Source of the DNA: Bdellovibrionales bacterium
GTDB taxonomy: Bacteria > Bdellovibrionota > Bdellovibrionia > Bdellovibrionales > JAUICD01
Assembly: GCA_965262715.1 (NCBI GenBank)
Contig: OZ253553.1
Span: 2,048,001-2,112,000 of the forward strand
DNA: 64,000 nt
Direction: 5' to 3'
Shown here: in pieces, positions 1 to 10,381 of the stretch
How positions within the stretch are numbered: the stretch's first letter is position 1
Layout: each line of letters starts with the position of its first letter
Translations under genes and position numbers: made by a program
The notes under the pieces: model-generated
Databases searched by the model: none
What the model was told of the DNA's origin: nothing
Seen by the model: the letters and a program-made list of their open reading frames with translations, nothing else

Positions 1-1135
1 TACCAAACCATATTCCACCGCATTTAAAATCACCATCATGAAGCTCTATACAATTATTATAGTCTAATTCTTCTTTAAACTTGGCCTCACGCCAGCGCCA
101 TCCCCGATCAGGAACTTTCACTGGTTTTTTAGTTTTAGGGTGTATCACATCAAACTTAGGACCAAATGTATTTGCATTTGGCCAACTCATATTTATCTTT
201 CCCCATAATTCATATTTGTCATCAAGATTATTATATAATGTTATTCCACGATCAAATTTTCTTTTTTCATATAGTTTTCTTATTTCCTTTTCAGATTCTT
301 GAATAGATGTTTTGGCTCGCTTTAATTTTAATCTCAATTCATTTAACTCTTCCATCCCATCTTTATCCATTTTAAAAATATGATTTAATGAATAGTTTTT
401 AACGTATAAGAAGACATACTCATGGATGTTTCCTATACCTTTATCATTTTTAGGAACCCGCTTATTCCAAACAATAGTATCTATAAAATTTTCTTCCCCA
501 AAAATTTGATCGCACAATTTCTTTAAATTGGCCTGTTCACTATCATCAATACTTATAAAAATAACACCATCTTCACAAAGAAGGTTTTTAGCAAGATAAA
601 GCCTTGGATACATCATATTGAGCCAACGAGAGTGAAATCTTCCGTTAGTATCGGTATTGGTAGAGAATTTATGTCCATTGCTATCTTTTTGGCCCGTATA
701 GCGAAGGTAAGTATCCAAACCTTCAGAATATTTATCTGGGTAAATAAATTCTTTCCCCGTATTGTATGGAGGATCAATATAAATCATCTTAACCTTTCCG
801 AAGTAGGCTTTTTGAAGAAGTTTAAGAACTTCTAGGTTATCTCCTTCAATAAAGAGATTTTCTGTAGTATCCCAGTTGATAGATTCTTCTTTACATGGCT
901 TGAGAGTGCCTTTAGCAGGAGCTTGAATTATTTTCATGCATTCAGCCTTGCCTGGCCAGTTTAAACCAAATCTCTCTGGTCCAGATTCAACCCATTCTCC
1001 TAAAACCTTTTTAAACTGATCAAAGTCAATATGTTCTTCATTGAATACTTCTGGAAAAAGCTCTTTTAGTTTTTTTCTCTTTTCTTCGGATATATCCATT
1101 GAATTAAAGTTCATTTTTTTAGGTTTATCAGACAT
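1..1135 (-). CDS. mod: Type III restriction-modification methyltransferase (Mod subunit), runs off the window start
   Basis: Not in the ORF track. Manual translation from the ATG at 1135 gives MSDKPKKMNF...ERFGLNWPGK...NLFIEGDNLEVLKLLQKAYFGKVKMIYIDPPYNTG...HSRWLNMMYPRLYLAKNLL..DGVIFISIDD, i.e. the DPPY catalytic motif and the typical Mod N-terminus. Confidence 0.92.
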   Translation of the reverse strand, partial: MSDKPKKMNFNSMDISEEKRKKLKELFPEVFNEEHIDFDQFKKVLGEWVESGPERFGLNWPGKAECMKIIQAPAKGTLKPCKEESINWDTTENLFIEGDNLEVLKLLQKAYFGKVKMIYIDPPYNTGKEFIYPDKYSEGLDTYLRYTGQKDSNGHKFSTNTDTNGRFHSRWLNMMYPRLYLAKNLLCEDGVIFISIDDSEQANLKKLCDQIFGEENFIDTIVWNKRVPKNDKGIGNIHEYVFLYVKNYSLNHIFKMDKDGMEELNELRLKLKRAKTSIQESEKEIRKLYEKRKFDRGITLYNNLDDKYELWGKINMSWPNANTFGPKFDVIHPKTKKPVKVPDRGWRWREAKFKEELDYNNCIELHDGDFKCGGIWFG

Positions 1136-1213
1136 ATTATTTTCCTAAGAGATATTGTTTTTTTAAACTATAACATCTGTAAAAAAGTAGACATTGACTT
1201 TTATTCTATGACA

Positions 1214-1234
1214 ATAATAGACAATGGCTGTTAT
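1214..1234. promoter_or_regulatory. Imperfect operator palindrome ATAATAGACA-A-TGGCTGTTAT over the HTH start codon
   Basis: Left arm is identical to the left arm of the perfect palindrome at 1769-1789. Confidence 0.5.
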
Positions 1235-1772
1235 GACAATAAATAAACACGATAAACCACTTACTCTTGGCCAAATCCAAGATATTCTGAATATTCCCCA
1301 GCATGTCTTGATTCACTTGTGTGAAAAAAAGGTGATTATTCCTGGCTTTTCAGATACCCAGGGGAGAGGTCAATCTAGGTTATTTTCCAAAAGAAATCTC
1401 TTAGAATTTGCCATTGCCCTGCATATTAGACAATTTCAAATCCCGGTTATGGCTACACGAGTTATAATTTTAGTATTGAGAAAGTTTGAGGAAAAGGTAC
1501 AGAAGAAAATCAAAGACTTTACCTTAGGATATCTAGCTAAGACAAAGCTTTCTCCTAAATTAACCCTTTACATCGAAGAAGGAGAAAACTTGATTTTTTT
1601 TCTCAAAAGCAAAGGCAATACATTCATTTTAAAATGCTCTATGTCAAAATTTGAGGAGAAAAAACCTATCCATTTTGTTGCTCTTAATCAATTATCATCT
1701 AACTTCAATTCTCGCTTAGAAATAAATATTTCAAAAGTTATTGAAGATTTATCAAAAAAATCCTTGCTATAA
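1224..1772 (+). CDS. MerR-like winged-HTH DNA-binding protein
   Basis: N-terminal LTLGQIQDILNIPQHVLIHLCEKKVIIP...GRGQSRLFS resembles a MerR/excisionase HTH; the gene is divergent from mod. Confidence 0.65.
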   Translation: MAVMTINKHDKPLTLGQIQDILNIPQHVLIHLCEKKVIIPGFSDTQGRGQSRLFSKRNLLEFAIALHIRQFQIPVMATRVIILVLRKFEEKVQKKIKDFTLGYLAKTKLSPKLTLYIEEGENLIFFLKSKGNTFILKCSMSKFEEKKPIHFVALNQLSSNFNSRLEINISKVIEDLSKKSLL

Positions 1773-1789
1773 TAGACACTGTCTATTAT
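1769..1789. promoter_or_regulatory. Perfect palindrome ATAATAGACA-C-TGTCTATTAT (putative operator)
   Basis: 10-bp perfect arms directly upstream of the recombinase ORF. Confidence 0.6.
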
Positions 1790-1798
1790 CTTTAAGTT

Positions 1799-2422
1799 AT
1801 GAGCAAATCTAATGTAGCAATGAATGTTTCATCTCATGAAGAATCAGAAGAACAGCTTAATCCTGCAACTTTGGATTTACTAGATCATGTTGCGAGATAT
1901 TGGCTGATGAATACGTTAGGACTGTTAAAGAGGAGGGAAAAGAAAATGAAAGCAGCGATCTATGCTAGATATTCCAGTGATAACCAAAGAGAGCAAAGTA
2001 TTGAGGATCAAGTCAGGGTCTGCCGAATTTATGCACAAAAACAAGGTATTGAAGTTTTAAATGAGCATATTTATGCTGATGAAGCTCGCTCAGGATCTAT
2101 TAGAGATCGAAAAGGGCTTGATGCTCTTATGAAATCTTGTGAGGAAAAAAGATTTGATATAGTCCTTGTTGATGATTCTTCTCGTATCTCAAGAGATGTT
2201 TATTATTTTAATCAACTCTTATGTCGCTTCATCTATCTTCATGTAAGACTGATCTCCATCAGTGACGACCTAGATACTCAAGAAGAAAATGCTAAAGTTG
2301 GATATCAGTTTCGCAGCATCTTCAACGAACTTTATCTAACTGATCTTAAAAAGAAAACTCATCGAGGACAAATGGGCCAGGTGATGCGAGGATTTATGAA
2401 TAAAAGTGAGAATAGCTCTTAA
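1799..2422 (+). pseudogene. Large serine recombinase, truncated after the catalytic domain (true start probably ATG 1946)
   Basis: MKAAIYARYSSDNQREQSIEDQ...DDSSRISR resolvase motifs. The ORF ends just after LKKKTHRGQMGQV, where the recombinase and zinc-ribbon domains normally begin. Confidence 0.8.
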
Positions 2423-2562
2423 AACAATAAAAAGGCAAAGAATTGCAAGATTCCACTGATAATAAAGTGCAATACCACATAAGATTGTCATTAAAATAGA
2501 TAGTATCTCATTCACAATAAGAAGGCTTTTTGAGACAATAAACTGATGATCTAAGGATAAAA

Positions 2563-2835
2563 TTTCCTTAACATTGTGTCAAAAAACGAAGGGTATCTCC
2601 CTCCAAAAAATGGTCAGGCTTTCTAGGTAATGACCTATTTGCTGACGGTGTAAACCGTCAGGGTCATTGCCAGAAAGTCGCCAAAAGATTTTCCTTAACA
2701 TGTTGTAAGAAAATGAGGAGTATCTCCCCTACTCAAAATAAACGGATTTTTGAGACAGTCAGCATTTTCTGAAGACGTGAGTCTTCAGGCTGATTGTCCA
2801 AAAATGGTCAGAGACCAGTTTATTTTGAGTGAAAC
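2563..2835 (+). repeat. Family A structured repeat, two tandem copies (2563-2686, 2690-2835) abutting the tRNA CCA end
   Basis: TTTCCTTAACA...CTCCC(C)T...long hairpin...TTTTGAGTGAAAC; the first copy lacks the 3' tail. Confidence 0.9.
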
Positions 2836-2911
<76 letters not shown>

Positions 2912-3065
2912 AAAATATTTTTATAGTAGCTTAGCATATCTTTTCAAATAAAATCAAATGATCATAACACATCATGAATATTTAAACACAGCCTTTAACT
3001 TTCTAATAGTTAAAATCAGCAGATTGAAGATTTAATTATTACGTACACATTTTTTAAAATAGCTT

Positions 3066-4181
3066 CTAATGAACATCACCCACATACAATGCTCTAGGCC
3101 GGTAAATACGATTATTTGCATATTGTTCTAAAATATGTGCTAACCATCCACTTGTACGAGAAGATGCAAAAATGGGAGTGTATAAATCAAGGGGAATTCC
3201 CATAGAATAATAAACTGATGCAGAATAAAAATCTACATTAGGTAAAAGGCCTTTTTGTTCACGAACAATATTTTCAATAGTTTCAGACATTTCAAACCAA
3301 GAAGGTTCATTATTATCAGATACTTTTTTTGATAATGATTTACTCATTTGTTTTAAAATTTTCGCTCTAGGATCTCCATGTTTATAAACACGGTGACCAA
3401 ATCCCATAATTTTCTTTTTATGAGCTAAGGCATCTTCTATCCACTCTTTTGCTTTTTGAACAGATCCAATAGATTTTAACATTCTCATTACCTGCTCATT
3501 AGCTCCTCCATGTAAAGGACCTTTAAGAGTTCCAATAGCAGTCACTACAGCAGAATAAACATCGCTAAGAGATGATGTGGTGACCCTTGCTGCAAAACTC
3601 GAGCAATTTAACTCGTGATCTGCATGCAAAATTAAACAAGTATTAAGTATGCGCACAAATTCTTCATTAGGTTCTTCACCTTTTAAACAATAAAGAAAAT
3701 TCCAAGCAAGAGATTGATCTGGATGAGCAGATATAATATCTTGTCCATTTCGAATACGTTCAAAAGCAGCCACTAACAAGCCTACCTTAGCAACTAAAGC
3801 ATAAGACTTATCCAACAGTTGATCTTCATCTTTATCATCAGCATTTTGATCTGCTAAAGCCAACAAAGACACAGCACTTCTAAGCCATGCCATAGGATGC
3901 ACATTTTTATGGGGTAATTGTTTTAACAGTTTTATAAGATCAGCATCAATGTTTAAATGAGATGCTATTTTCTGTTTTAGTTGCTCATTTTCAGCTTGTG
4001 AAGGTAATTTATTAAACCATAAAAGATAAATAATTTCTTCAAAACAATATTTCTCAGCTAGATCCTCTATTTTATAACCTCTATAAGTGAGGGTAGCATC
4101 TATAATACAAGAAATACGAGTCTTGCAGGCAATAACACCCTCTAATCCTTTATCAATAGCCTTATCATAATAGTCTGTCAT
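3066..4181 (-). CDS. Citrate synthase (short type II / 2-methylcitrate synthase-like)
   Basis: GLEGV, LHADHELNCS, KGPLHGGANE, MGFGHRVYK.GDPR and PNVDFYS motifs. Confidence 0.95.
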   Translation of the reverse strand: MTDYYDKAIDKGLEGVIACKTRISCIIDATLTYRGYKIEDLAEKYCFEEIIYLLWFNKLPSQAENEQLKQKIASHLNIDADLIKLLKQLPHKNVHPMAWLRSAVSLLALADQNADDKDEDQLLDKSYALVAKVGLLVAAFERIRNGQDIISAHPDQSLAWNFLYCLKGEEPNEEFVRILNTCLILHADHELNCSSFAARVTTSSLSDVYSAVVTAIGTLKGPLHGGANEQVMRMLKSIGSVQKAKEWIEDALAHKKKIMGFGHRVYKHGDPRAKILKQMSKSLSKKVSDNNEPSWFEMSETIENIVREQKGLLPNVDFYSASVYYSMGIPLDLYTPIFASSRTSGWLAHILEQYANNRIYRPRALYVGDVH

Positions 4182-4310
4182 CTTAAACCCTTTTCACCTG
4201 ATAATCTCCTATTTATTCAATATCTATTATAATATAAGCAACCTTAAGTTGTCATTTATTATTTTGCAAGGCAGCTATTTGATTTAGAGAAAAGCTTATA
4301 AGTCTTAAGT

Positions 4311-5948
4311 TTAAGAAATCGCAAAATGGTTAATTGGATATCTCCTTCCACTACCAAAAGCATGTGATGATATCCTTAAAATTGGAGGAGATTGCCATTT
4401 TTTAAATTCCGACTCTTTAAGTTTTTTCAACAACCACTGATCAACTCGACTGCGGGCCGGCTTACACCTAACAACTATACGGTCAATACTTTCATCTATT
4501 TTACTATATTCAAATAAAGTATCCGTATCTTTTTGATTCTTTCTTAACTCCGCTGTTGGCGATCTAGAGATAATCTTTGGAGGAATCCATGAACTATAAT
4601 ACCTTTTAGCAATTTCATAAACCTCTGTTTTTAAGACATCTCCTATAGGAGCTAAAGCTCCGCTTGTATCTCCATAAAGTGTTGCATATCCTACAGCCAA
4701 TTCACTTTTATTGCTTGCAGCAAGCAATAAGCTTTTATTTTGATTTGCAAATGCCATTAAATAAAGAGATCTAAGCCGGGCTTGTATATTTTCAGAAGTA
4801 ATACCAACACAAGATATATTGCGCTTCGTTTTTAAGTCCTGATTGATATATTTATAAATATCTTGAATAGGAAGATTTTTAAAATGACAACCTAAATTTT
4901 GAGCTAATTTTTCTGCTAATGAAAAACTCAATTTTGCGCTAAAAGGTCCTGGCATGGCTATGGCCGTGACAAAACGAGGGCCTAACGCTTCTACAGCTAG
5001 GCAGGCTACCAAAGCAGAATCGATACCTCCACTTAATCCCAAATGCACATGGGAATACCCAGCTTTTCTCAAAAAATCTTTGATACCTAAAATAAGCGCT
5101 TCTTTCGCAAATAAAATAGGATCATTTTTTTTCAAAACTGGTTTATTGATCTGTTTGTCTTGTATTTTATTTGCTGGTGCTTCTAAGTCATAATACTGTA
5201 CATCTTCTTTAAAATATTGGGCCTGCATCTGAATATTTCCTTTTTTATCAACATAGATACTTCCACCATCAAAAATGATTTCATCTTGCGCTCCAACTAA
5301 GTTGGTATACAACATAGGAGCAGATAATCTTTTTGTCACCCTTTGAATTGCTTTGAGTCTATACTCAGGTTTCCCTTTAGAAAAAGGAGAAGCACTTAAA
5401 TTAACAATAAAATCTACACTACCTTTTTTAATAGATTTTAAGGGATCATCATCTTCACGAATACCCTCCCAATAAGGAATACAAGCCAATATATCCGCAC
5501 AAATAGTCACTAAAATTTTATAGCCTTTAAGTTGAAATTGATTATCTTTTATACTTCCTGGTTCAAAGTACCTTAGCTCATCAAATACATCATAAGTAGG
5601 TAAAAATATTTTATGAAAATACTGAGGCTTTTTATTTTTCCTTAAAAGGACTGCTGAATTATGATAGTATTTTCCATATTTTTTTTTGTTTTTTGTCACA
5701 GCCCCTAATAAAACTGCAACATTGTCTGGCATTTTTTTATGGCATTTTTCTAAAGCCTTAAGTTGTTGTTCAACGATACTTTTTCTTTCTAATAAAGCTC
5801 CTGGCCAATAACCGAACAGAGACAGTTCCGGAAAGACAATAAGATCACAATGCTTAGCTTTTTTTATATGAGATAAAATAAGATCAGTATTATAATCAAA
5901 GTTTCCTAATAAAGGATTTATTTGAATGCTAGCAACTTTCATAACCAC
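4311..5948 (-). CDS. nadE: Glutamine-dependent NAD+ synthetase
   Basis: N-terminal nitrilase domain (FPEL, K..LPTYDVFDE) plus synthetase domain (LGLSGGIDS, ENIQARLR, NKSE.AVGYATLYGD). Confidence 0.95.
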   Translation of the reverse strand: MVMKVASIQINPLLGNFDYNTDLILSHIKKAKHCDLIVFPELSLFGYWPGALLERKSIVEQQLKALEKCHKKMPDNVAVLLGAVTKNKKKYGKYYHNSAVLLRKNKKPQYFHKIFLPTYDVFDELRYFEPGSIKDNQFQLKGYKILVTICADILACIPYWEGIREDDDPLKSIKKGSVDFIVNLSASPFSKGKPEYRLKAIQRVTKRLSAPMLYTNLVGAQDEIIFDGGSIYVDKKGNIQMQAQYFKEDVQYYDLEAPANKIQDKQINKPVLKKNDPILFAKEALILGIKDFLRKAGYSHVHLGLSGGIDSALVACLAVEALGPRFVTAIAMPGPFSAKLSFSLAEKLAQNLGCHFKNLPIQDIYKYINQDLKTKRNISCVGITSENIQARLRSLYLMAFANQNKSLLLAASNKSELAVGYATLYGDTSGALAPIGDVLKTEVYEIAKRYYSSWIPPKIISRSPTAELRKNQKDTDTLFEYSKIDESIDRIVVRCKPARSRVDQWLLKKLKESEFKKWQSPPILRISSHAFGSGRRYPINHFAIS

Positions 5949-6048
5949 CTTCTTTTTATTTTCTGATTTGTATTATGCCCAATTTATATATAAAACAATA
6001 TATTTATTTTGAAAAAATTGGATATAATCTCTTTTCTTATTTTATCAG

Positions 6049-6094
6049 GCAATCCAGCAAGCAAGGTAATCTGGCAGTCGGGCAATCGAGGCAG
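6049..6094 (+). repeat. Family D GGCA-N4 octamer array
   Basis: GGCAATCC AGCAAGCA A GGTAATCT GGCAGTCG GGCAATCG A GGCAG, directly against the IS481 end. Confidence 0.7.
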
Positions 6095-7397
6095 GTCCAT
6101 TCTGGAGACATAGGTTACAGTTTATTCCGAAGACATAGGTTACACTTTTGCTCCAAAAGGATTTTCTAGAGCCATTAATTTTTTATTTTCTAAATCAAAA
6201 TAGCCTAAATCATAATCCATAAAACTAACTAACCATATACCATCTTCTACCTCCTTTACACCTACATATTGATCTGTTAAAACACTAGATATCTGTATTT
6301 TTGTGTTATTCATACAAATCCGACCACTGTGTGTCACTCTTAACACAAGATCATGGCAGGGATAACCCCATACCGGTGATTCACCTTTATACTCTCTCTC
6401 AGATCGACTATAAATCTCTGAAGGCATTTTCATACTTAAAGCTTCATGTGGTCTCTCATAATTGAATTCATGAATGAATTTATCAAACATCTCTTGTTGT
6501 TGTAGAAAATTACTTCCAGCAGGTCTTGTCGTTTCTCTCTTAAGTGTCAAATGCATCCTCTCATGTCTACCATTTTGCTCCGGATGTCCCGGCTTTATTC
6601 TCTCAACACTAATACCTAAACTTAGCCACCATACTGAAAGCTTCGATAAACCAAATAAACCACAAGGGGATGAAAATGGAACTCCGTTATCCGTCCGAAT
6701 AGCTTTAGGAAGACCATATCTCTTAAATACTCTCTTAAAAACTTCAACCGCATAACTCTCTCTTGTGCTGGGTAATCCCTCACAACATAAAATAAAACGA
6801 GTCTTATCATCTGTAATCGTTAGAGGATAACAATAATCACCATGAATCATAAATTCACCTTTATAATCTGTATACCACAAATCATTAGAATGGAAACCTA
6901 CAGACATCTTTGTCCCTTCTGCCTTATAACCTCGCTTCTTCCTCTTCTGTACTAAACCATGTCTAGCAAAAACAGCGTGAAATGTACTTATTGCTGGAAG
7001 CCTGAAATCTGAATACTTTCTCCTAAATATCTCTCTAATCTTAGCTGCTCCCCAATGAAGCTTCTTCTTCTTTAAAGTTAATATCAAAGCTTCTGTCTCT
7101 TCAGGAAGCTGATTTGCAAAACGAAAAGGCTTACTAGATTGCGACAATATACTACCACTCTCCTTATAACGATTCCAAAACTTGTAACCTGTCTTTCTTG
7201 ATATATTGAAATCACGACAAACTTTGGACATCGAATCTCCTTCTATAAGCTGATTAATAAATCGAACCTTGTCATCCATAACACTATTCCTCCATGGCAT
7301 AAATACATCCTTTTGTTCTAATTACTCACTAGAACAAAAGCGAAATGTGTTACCTAGGGGTCAAGAACATTCTGTAACCTATGTCTCAGAACGTACA
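6094..7397 (-). mobile_element. IS481-family insertion sequence
   Basis: Imperfect terminal inverted repeats (GGTCCATTCTGGAGACATAGGTTACA / TGTAACCTATGTCTCAGAACGTACA) with repeated GACATAGGTTACA subterminal motifs. No target duplication visible; the left terminal TGT reads GGT. Confidence 0.85.
6140..7300 (-). CDS. IS481-family DDE transposase
   Basis: MPW start, HTH (ISRKTGYKFWNRY), W.TDYKG, IRTDNG.PF, PGHPEQNGRHERMH and YN.ERPH-type rve motifs. Confidence 0.95.
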   Translation of the reverse strand: MPWRNSVMDDKVRFINQLIEGDSMSKVCRDFNISRKTGYKFWNRYKESGSILSQSSKPFRFANQLPEETEALILTLKKKKLHWGAAKIREIFRRKYSDFRLPAISTFHAVFARHGLVQKRKKRGYKAEGTKMSVGFHSNDLWYTDYKGEFMIHGDYCYPLTITDDKTRFILCCEGLPSTRESYAVEVFKRVFKRYGLPKAIRTDNGVPFSSPCGLFGLSKLSVWWLSLGISVERIKPGHPEQNGRHERMHLTLKRETTRPAGSNFLQQQEMFDKFIHEFNYERPHEALSMKMPSEIYSRSEREYKGESPVWGYPCHDLVLRVTHSGRICMNNTKIQISSVLTDQYVGVKEVEDGIWLVSFMDYDLGYFDLENKKLMALENPFGAKV

Positions 7398-7508
7398 TTT
7401 TAGTTTATTAAGCTTTGGCGGTACTTTTATGATTTGGTCAATTTCTTTAAACTACCTTGACAATTAAGGCGAGTTAGATAAGAATAATATGTGAATATAA
7501 AAATACAC

Positions 7509-7560
7509 GGGTCTATGTTCCTTATTCTCTAATAAACTTTAGAGTTGGATGCTTAGGCCC
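7509..7560 (+). promoter_or_regulatory. Leader hairpin upstream of the NYN gene
   Basis: GGGTCTA...CTCTAA-TAAACT-TTAGAG...TAGGCCC stem followed by a T-run and the RBS AGGAG. Confidence 0.5.
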
Positions 7561-7583
7561 ATTTTTTTTAGGAGTTACTTTAA

Positions 7584-8261
7584 ATGGACAAAATAGCCTA
7601 TGTTGTCGATGGTGGCTTTTTTACTAAAAAATTCAAAACTATTACAAAAAATTTTCCAACAGCTAATCACGTTGAAAAGTATATTCATTCTATACAAAGT
7701 TATATTCAAGAAAAATATATTTCAGGACCTTCAGAAATTTATAGAGTTTTCTTTTATGACTGCCAGCCTCTTGAGAAAAAACTCATCAATCCTATAGATA
7801 AGTCTATTCTTGATCTTGCTCAAAGCCCTTCTTTTAAGGACAATAAGAACTTACAGAATTGTTTACCACAAAAAGCCTATTTTGCTCTTCGCTTTGGTCA
7901 ACTGAAGATACAAGGAAATAAAAAAGATGACTGGAGTCAATGGGATATAAAAAAATGGAAAATGTCTGATCTCGTTAATAAAAAGATAGAAGCTAAAGAT
8001 TTATATCCATCTCTACAACAAAAAGGAGTTGATATGAGAATAGGTCTTGATATTGCTAGCATTACTTCAAAAAAACTTTGTACAAAACTAGTATTGCTTT
8101 CTGGTGATACGGATATGATACCTGCTATGAAAATGGCTCGAAAAGAAGGAGTTCATGTTTTCCTACATACTTTCAATAAATCAATTTCAAATTTAATGTC
8201 TTCACACTCAGATGTTATTATAAAACATCATGATTTAAACTTTCAAATAAATTTAAGTTAG
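7584..8261 (+). CDS. NYN / LabA-DUF88 (PIN-like) ribonuclease
   Basis: VVDGGF, YRVFFYDC.P, QKGVDMRIGLDIA and LSGDTDMIPAMKMARKEG motifs. Confidence 0.9.
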   Translation: MDKIAYVVDGGFFTKKFKTITKNFPTANHVEKYIHSIQSYIQEKYISGPSEIYRVFFYDCQPLEKKLINPIDKSILDLAQSPSFKDNKNLQNCLPQKAYFALRFGQLKIQGNKKDDWSQWDIKKWKMSDLVNKKIEAKDLYPSLQQKGVDMRIGLDIASITSKKLCTKLVLLSGDTDMIPAMKMARKEGVHVFLHTFNKSISNLMSSHSDVIIKHHDLNFQINLS

Positions 8262-8282
8262 ACAGTTTTTCAATTTGGAGCT

Positions 8283-8604
8283 GTTTCCCTAAAATGCATC
8301 TCGCCTCTGGCGACTTTCTGGCAGTTAGCCTGACGATTAGCATCGTCAGAAAATAGCTAACTGCCTAGAAAGCCTGATGCATTTTAGTAGAAAGGATCCT
8401 CTCGTTTCTTTACTACATGTTAAGGAAATATAAAAAAGGGTGGATGGGTACAATTGCTGTCTCACTAAAAATAAACTGGCCTCTGGCCACTTTCTGACAG
8501 TAAGCCTGACAGTTTGCACTGTCAGCAAATAGCTTACTGTCTAGAAAGCTTGACTATTTTTAGCAGGGAGATACTTCTTATCTTTTTACACAATGTTAAG
8601 GAAA
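8283..8604 (-). repeat. Family A structured repeat, two copies (8283-8428, 8459-8604)
   Basis: Reverse-complement match to the family A architecture. Confidence 0.9.
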
Positions 8605-8631
8605 TCGGATCTTCGATTTTTTACTTAAAAG

Positions 8632-8664
8632 GAAAGGCGGATGGGTACAATCATCCGCCTTTCA
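8632..8664. terminator. Hairpin GAAAGGCGGATG-GGTACAAT-CATCCGCCTTTC, probable terminator for 8698-9171
   Basis: 12-bp perfect stem; T-rich tail on the minus strand. Confidence 0.55.
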
Positions 8665-8697
8665 AAGAGATAAAAAATGATCCTTTGGATCTTATGT

Positions 8698-9171
8698 TTA
8701 AGTTTTTGCAATCTTCAAGTTGCAAGAAGATTTAAAGGTCCTCCAACTAATAGCCTCACACTTCAACGGCTGGTCATTCTCTAATGTCACCCTTACACTA
8801 CACTGATATACCCTATACTCATTAAACTTATCATCACTGTATAAATCACTGCACAATTGCATAACACCACTCCCTTTAAGTAAAGTGCAGGATGCCTGGC
8901 AAACATTAATAAAAATTGCATTGCGACCTACAGCATTGACCTGCTCTATATAATTAGTATTAGGCCTATAATTAGCATAAAAATCATACTGTGCTGCCTT
9001 TGTATCTTGCTCTAGGTGAGTTGATAAAAACTTCTTTTCAGCAGTTCTGTAAGCTTTATAAAAAGCTATCCTCGCATTGCTACAAAGAAGTCCCAAACTA
9101 CAAATAACAACAATTGCTAGTAAGTAAAGCATTCTTCTACGACTTGTCTTTTTAAGCTTTAGCTTTTTCAT
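8698..9171 (-). CDS. Hypothetical exported or membrane-anchored protein
   Basis: Basic N-terminus followed by a hydrophobic segment; Cys-rich; downstream of the pilin. Confidence 0.6.
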   Translation of the reverse strand: MKKLKLKKTSRRRMLYLLAIVVICSLGLLCSNARIAFYKAYRTAEKKFLSTHLEQDTKAAQYDFYANYRPNTNYIEQVNAVGRNAIFINVCQASCTLLKGSGVMQLCSDLYSDDKFNEYRVYQCSVRVTLENDQPLKCEAISWRTFKSSCNLKIAKT

Positions 9172-9258
9172 TTTTCTTTACCTTTCTATTTAAAATAGGA
9201 TCCTATGTCACATGCAAAAGATTTATCTTTAAAACATCATGGTAATAAAATAAAAAAC

Positions 9259-9498
9259 TTATAAACTTACTGGCTTTAAGGTTTCATGTTCATGTTGCCC
9301 GCAACCGTCTTTTACTTTTTGTTCTAAAAGATCAATCCTATTATGAGTTTGTATAAACATTTTGCTATGAGTGCCTGATAATCTGTGCAGCTGTGTAAGG
9401 TATTTAAAACCAAAGATGCCGACTATCGCTAAAACTATTGCAACTGAAGCAACAATCTGAAATAAATAAAATCCTTTAATATCTTTTAAGTTTTTCAT
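9259..9498 (-). CDS. Small pilin-like membrane protein
   Basis: MKNLKDIKGFYLFQIVASVAIVLAIVG resembles a degenerate prepilin cleavage motif; AAAGGTG RBS before ATG 9498. Confidence 0.5.
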   Translation of the reverse strand: MKNLKDIKGFYLFQIVASVAIVLAIVGIFGFKYLTQLHRLSGTHSKMFIQTHNRIDLLEQKVKDGCGQHEHETLKPVSL

Positions 9499-9522
9499 AA
9501 AATCACCTTTAGTTAACAAAAC

Positions 9523-9552
9523 AAAACCCATGCTGTTTACAACATGGGTTTT
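9523..9552 (-). terminator. Rho-independent terminator after the pilin gene
   Basis: AAAACCCATG-N10-CATGGGTTTT hairpin just past the pilin stop codon. Confidence 0.7.
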
Positions 9553-9565
9553 ATTTAGATAGAGA

Positions 9566-10342
9566 TTAAATGCCTTGTACTGAATTTACTAACTGTTTTT
9601 CTTCGTTCATAGTCCATTCATCATTTTGAGAACCATCAATATCGCCTACACACCCTATTATAAAGGGAATACTTCCTGGTATAGAGTTATTTACCTTAAA
9701 AGAACCTTCTGTAGTAATAGCTGCAGGAGTCCAGTCTCCAGCAGCATATCCTGCACATACTTGACAAGCTGTCGATGTTGTAGCTGAACATGCTGAAGTT
9801 GCACAAGCACCTGGAGTTAAAATACCTTCTGATATTTCCATTGCAGTATCAGCATTAGCACCAGATTTTGTATGAAGTGTTCCATCTCCGACACTTGTAC
9901 TTATTGAACCTGGCAACAATCTAAATGTATTTGTGACGTCGTCATCATTTGCAATTGGCCCTCTATAACCAGTAGGTCTATCGGCAGAGGATTCTATGTT
10001 TACATTCTTTGTAGCTGGGTCTGCTTGTTTTTGACTATTGTTCCAACCGCAATTATAAAGCATATTACTGCCCTCGACAGAGTAACCTATTTGTTGTAAG
10101 TTAGCTGATCCATAGTTCCACTCAGCAATAAAGCTTCTTTCAGATGCATAGAGACCTGATAGCTGTGTTCTTGCTTCTGTTTGCTTTGATCTTGCTTGGA
10201 ACTTTTGATAGTTCGGTATTGCAATGGCTGCTAAAATACCAATAATAGCCACTACAACCATTAACTCTACTAACGAAAACCCTTTTTGATTTTTTAATTT
10301 ATTTCTTTTAATAAACTTAAACACTCTTGATAATGATTTCAT
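9566..10342 (-). CDS. Type IVa pilin (PilA-like)
   Basis: [40 protein letters not shown]-methylation motif; strong GGGGAG RBS. Confidence 0.92.
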   Translation of the reverse strand: MKSLSRVFKFIKRNKLKNQKGFSLVELMVVVAIIGILAAIAIPNYQKFQARSKQTEARTQLSGLYASERSFIAEWNYGSANLQQIGYSVEGSNMLYNCGWNNSQKQADPATKNVNIESSADRPTGYRGPIANDDDVTNTFRLLPGSISTSVGDGTLHTKSGANADTAMEISEGILTPGACATSACSATTSTACQVCAGYAAGDWTPAAITTEGSFKVNNSIPGSIPFIIGCVGDIDGSQNDEWTMNEEKQLVNSVQGI

Positions 10343-10381
10343 TTTTATTCTCCCCTTTTTAATTAATAACGTAAAAAAATA

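Noticed and set aside
81..835. Plus-strand ORFs 81-302 and 632-835
   Set aside because: Antisense shadows of the type III mod gene.
2563..2835. Family A as integron attC sites
   Set aside because: The TTAAC end pairs locally instead of with a distal GTTRRRY, copies occur in both orientations beside core genes, and no integron integrase is present. Not formally excluded without a covariance search.
8346..8735. ORFs 8346-8528 and 8514-8735, and likewise 10990-11175, 11382-11567, 18789-18998, 38735-39001, 49071-49265 and 49826-50008
   Set aside because: They are chance translations of family A or D repeats (one also overlaps the 6S-like region), with no conserved frame across copies.
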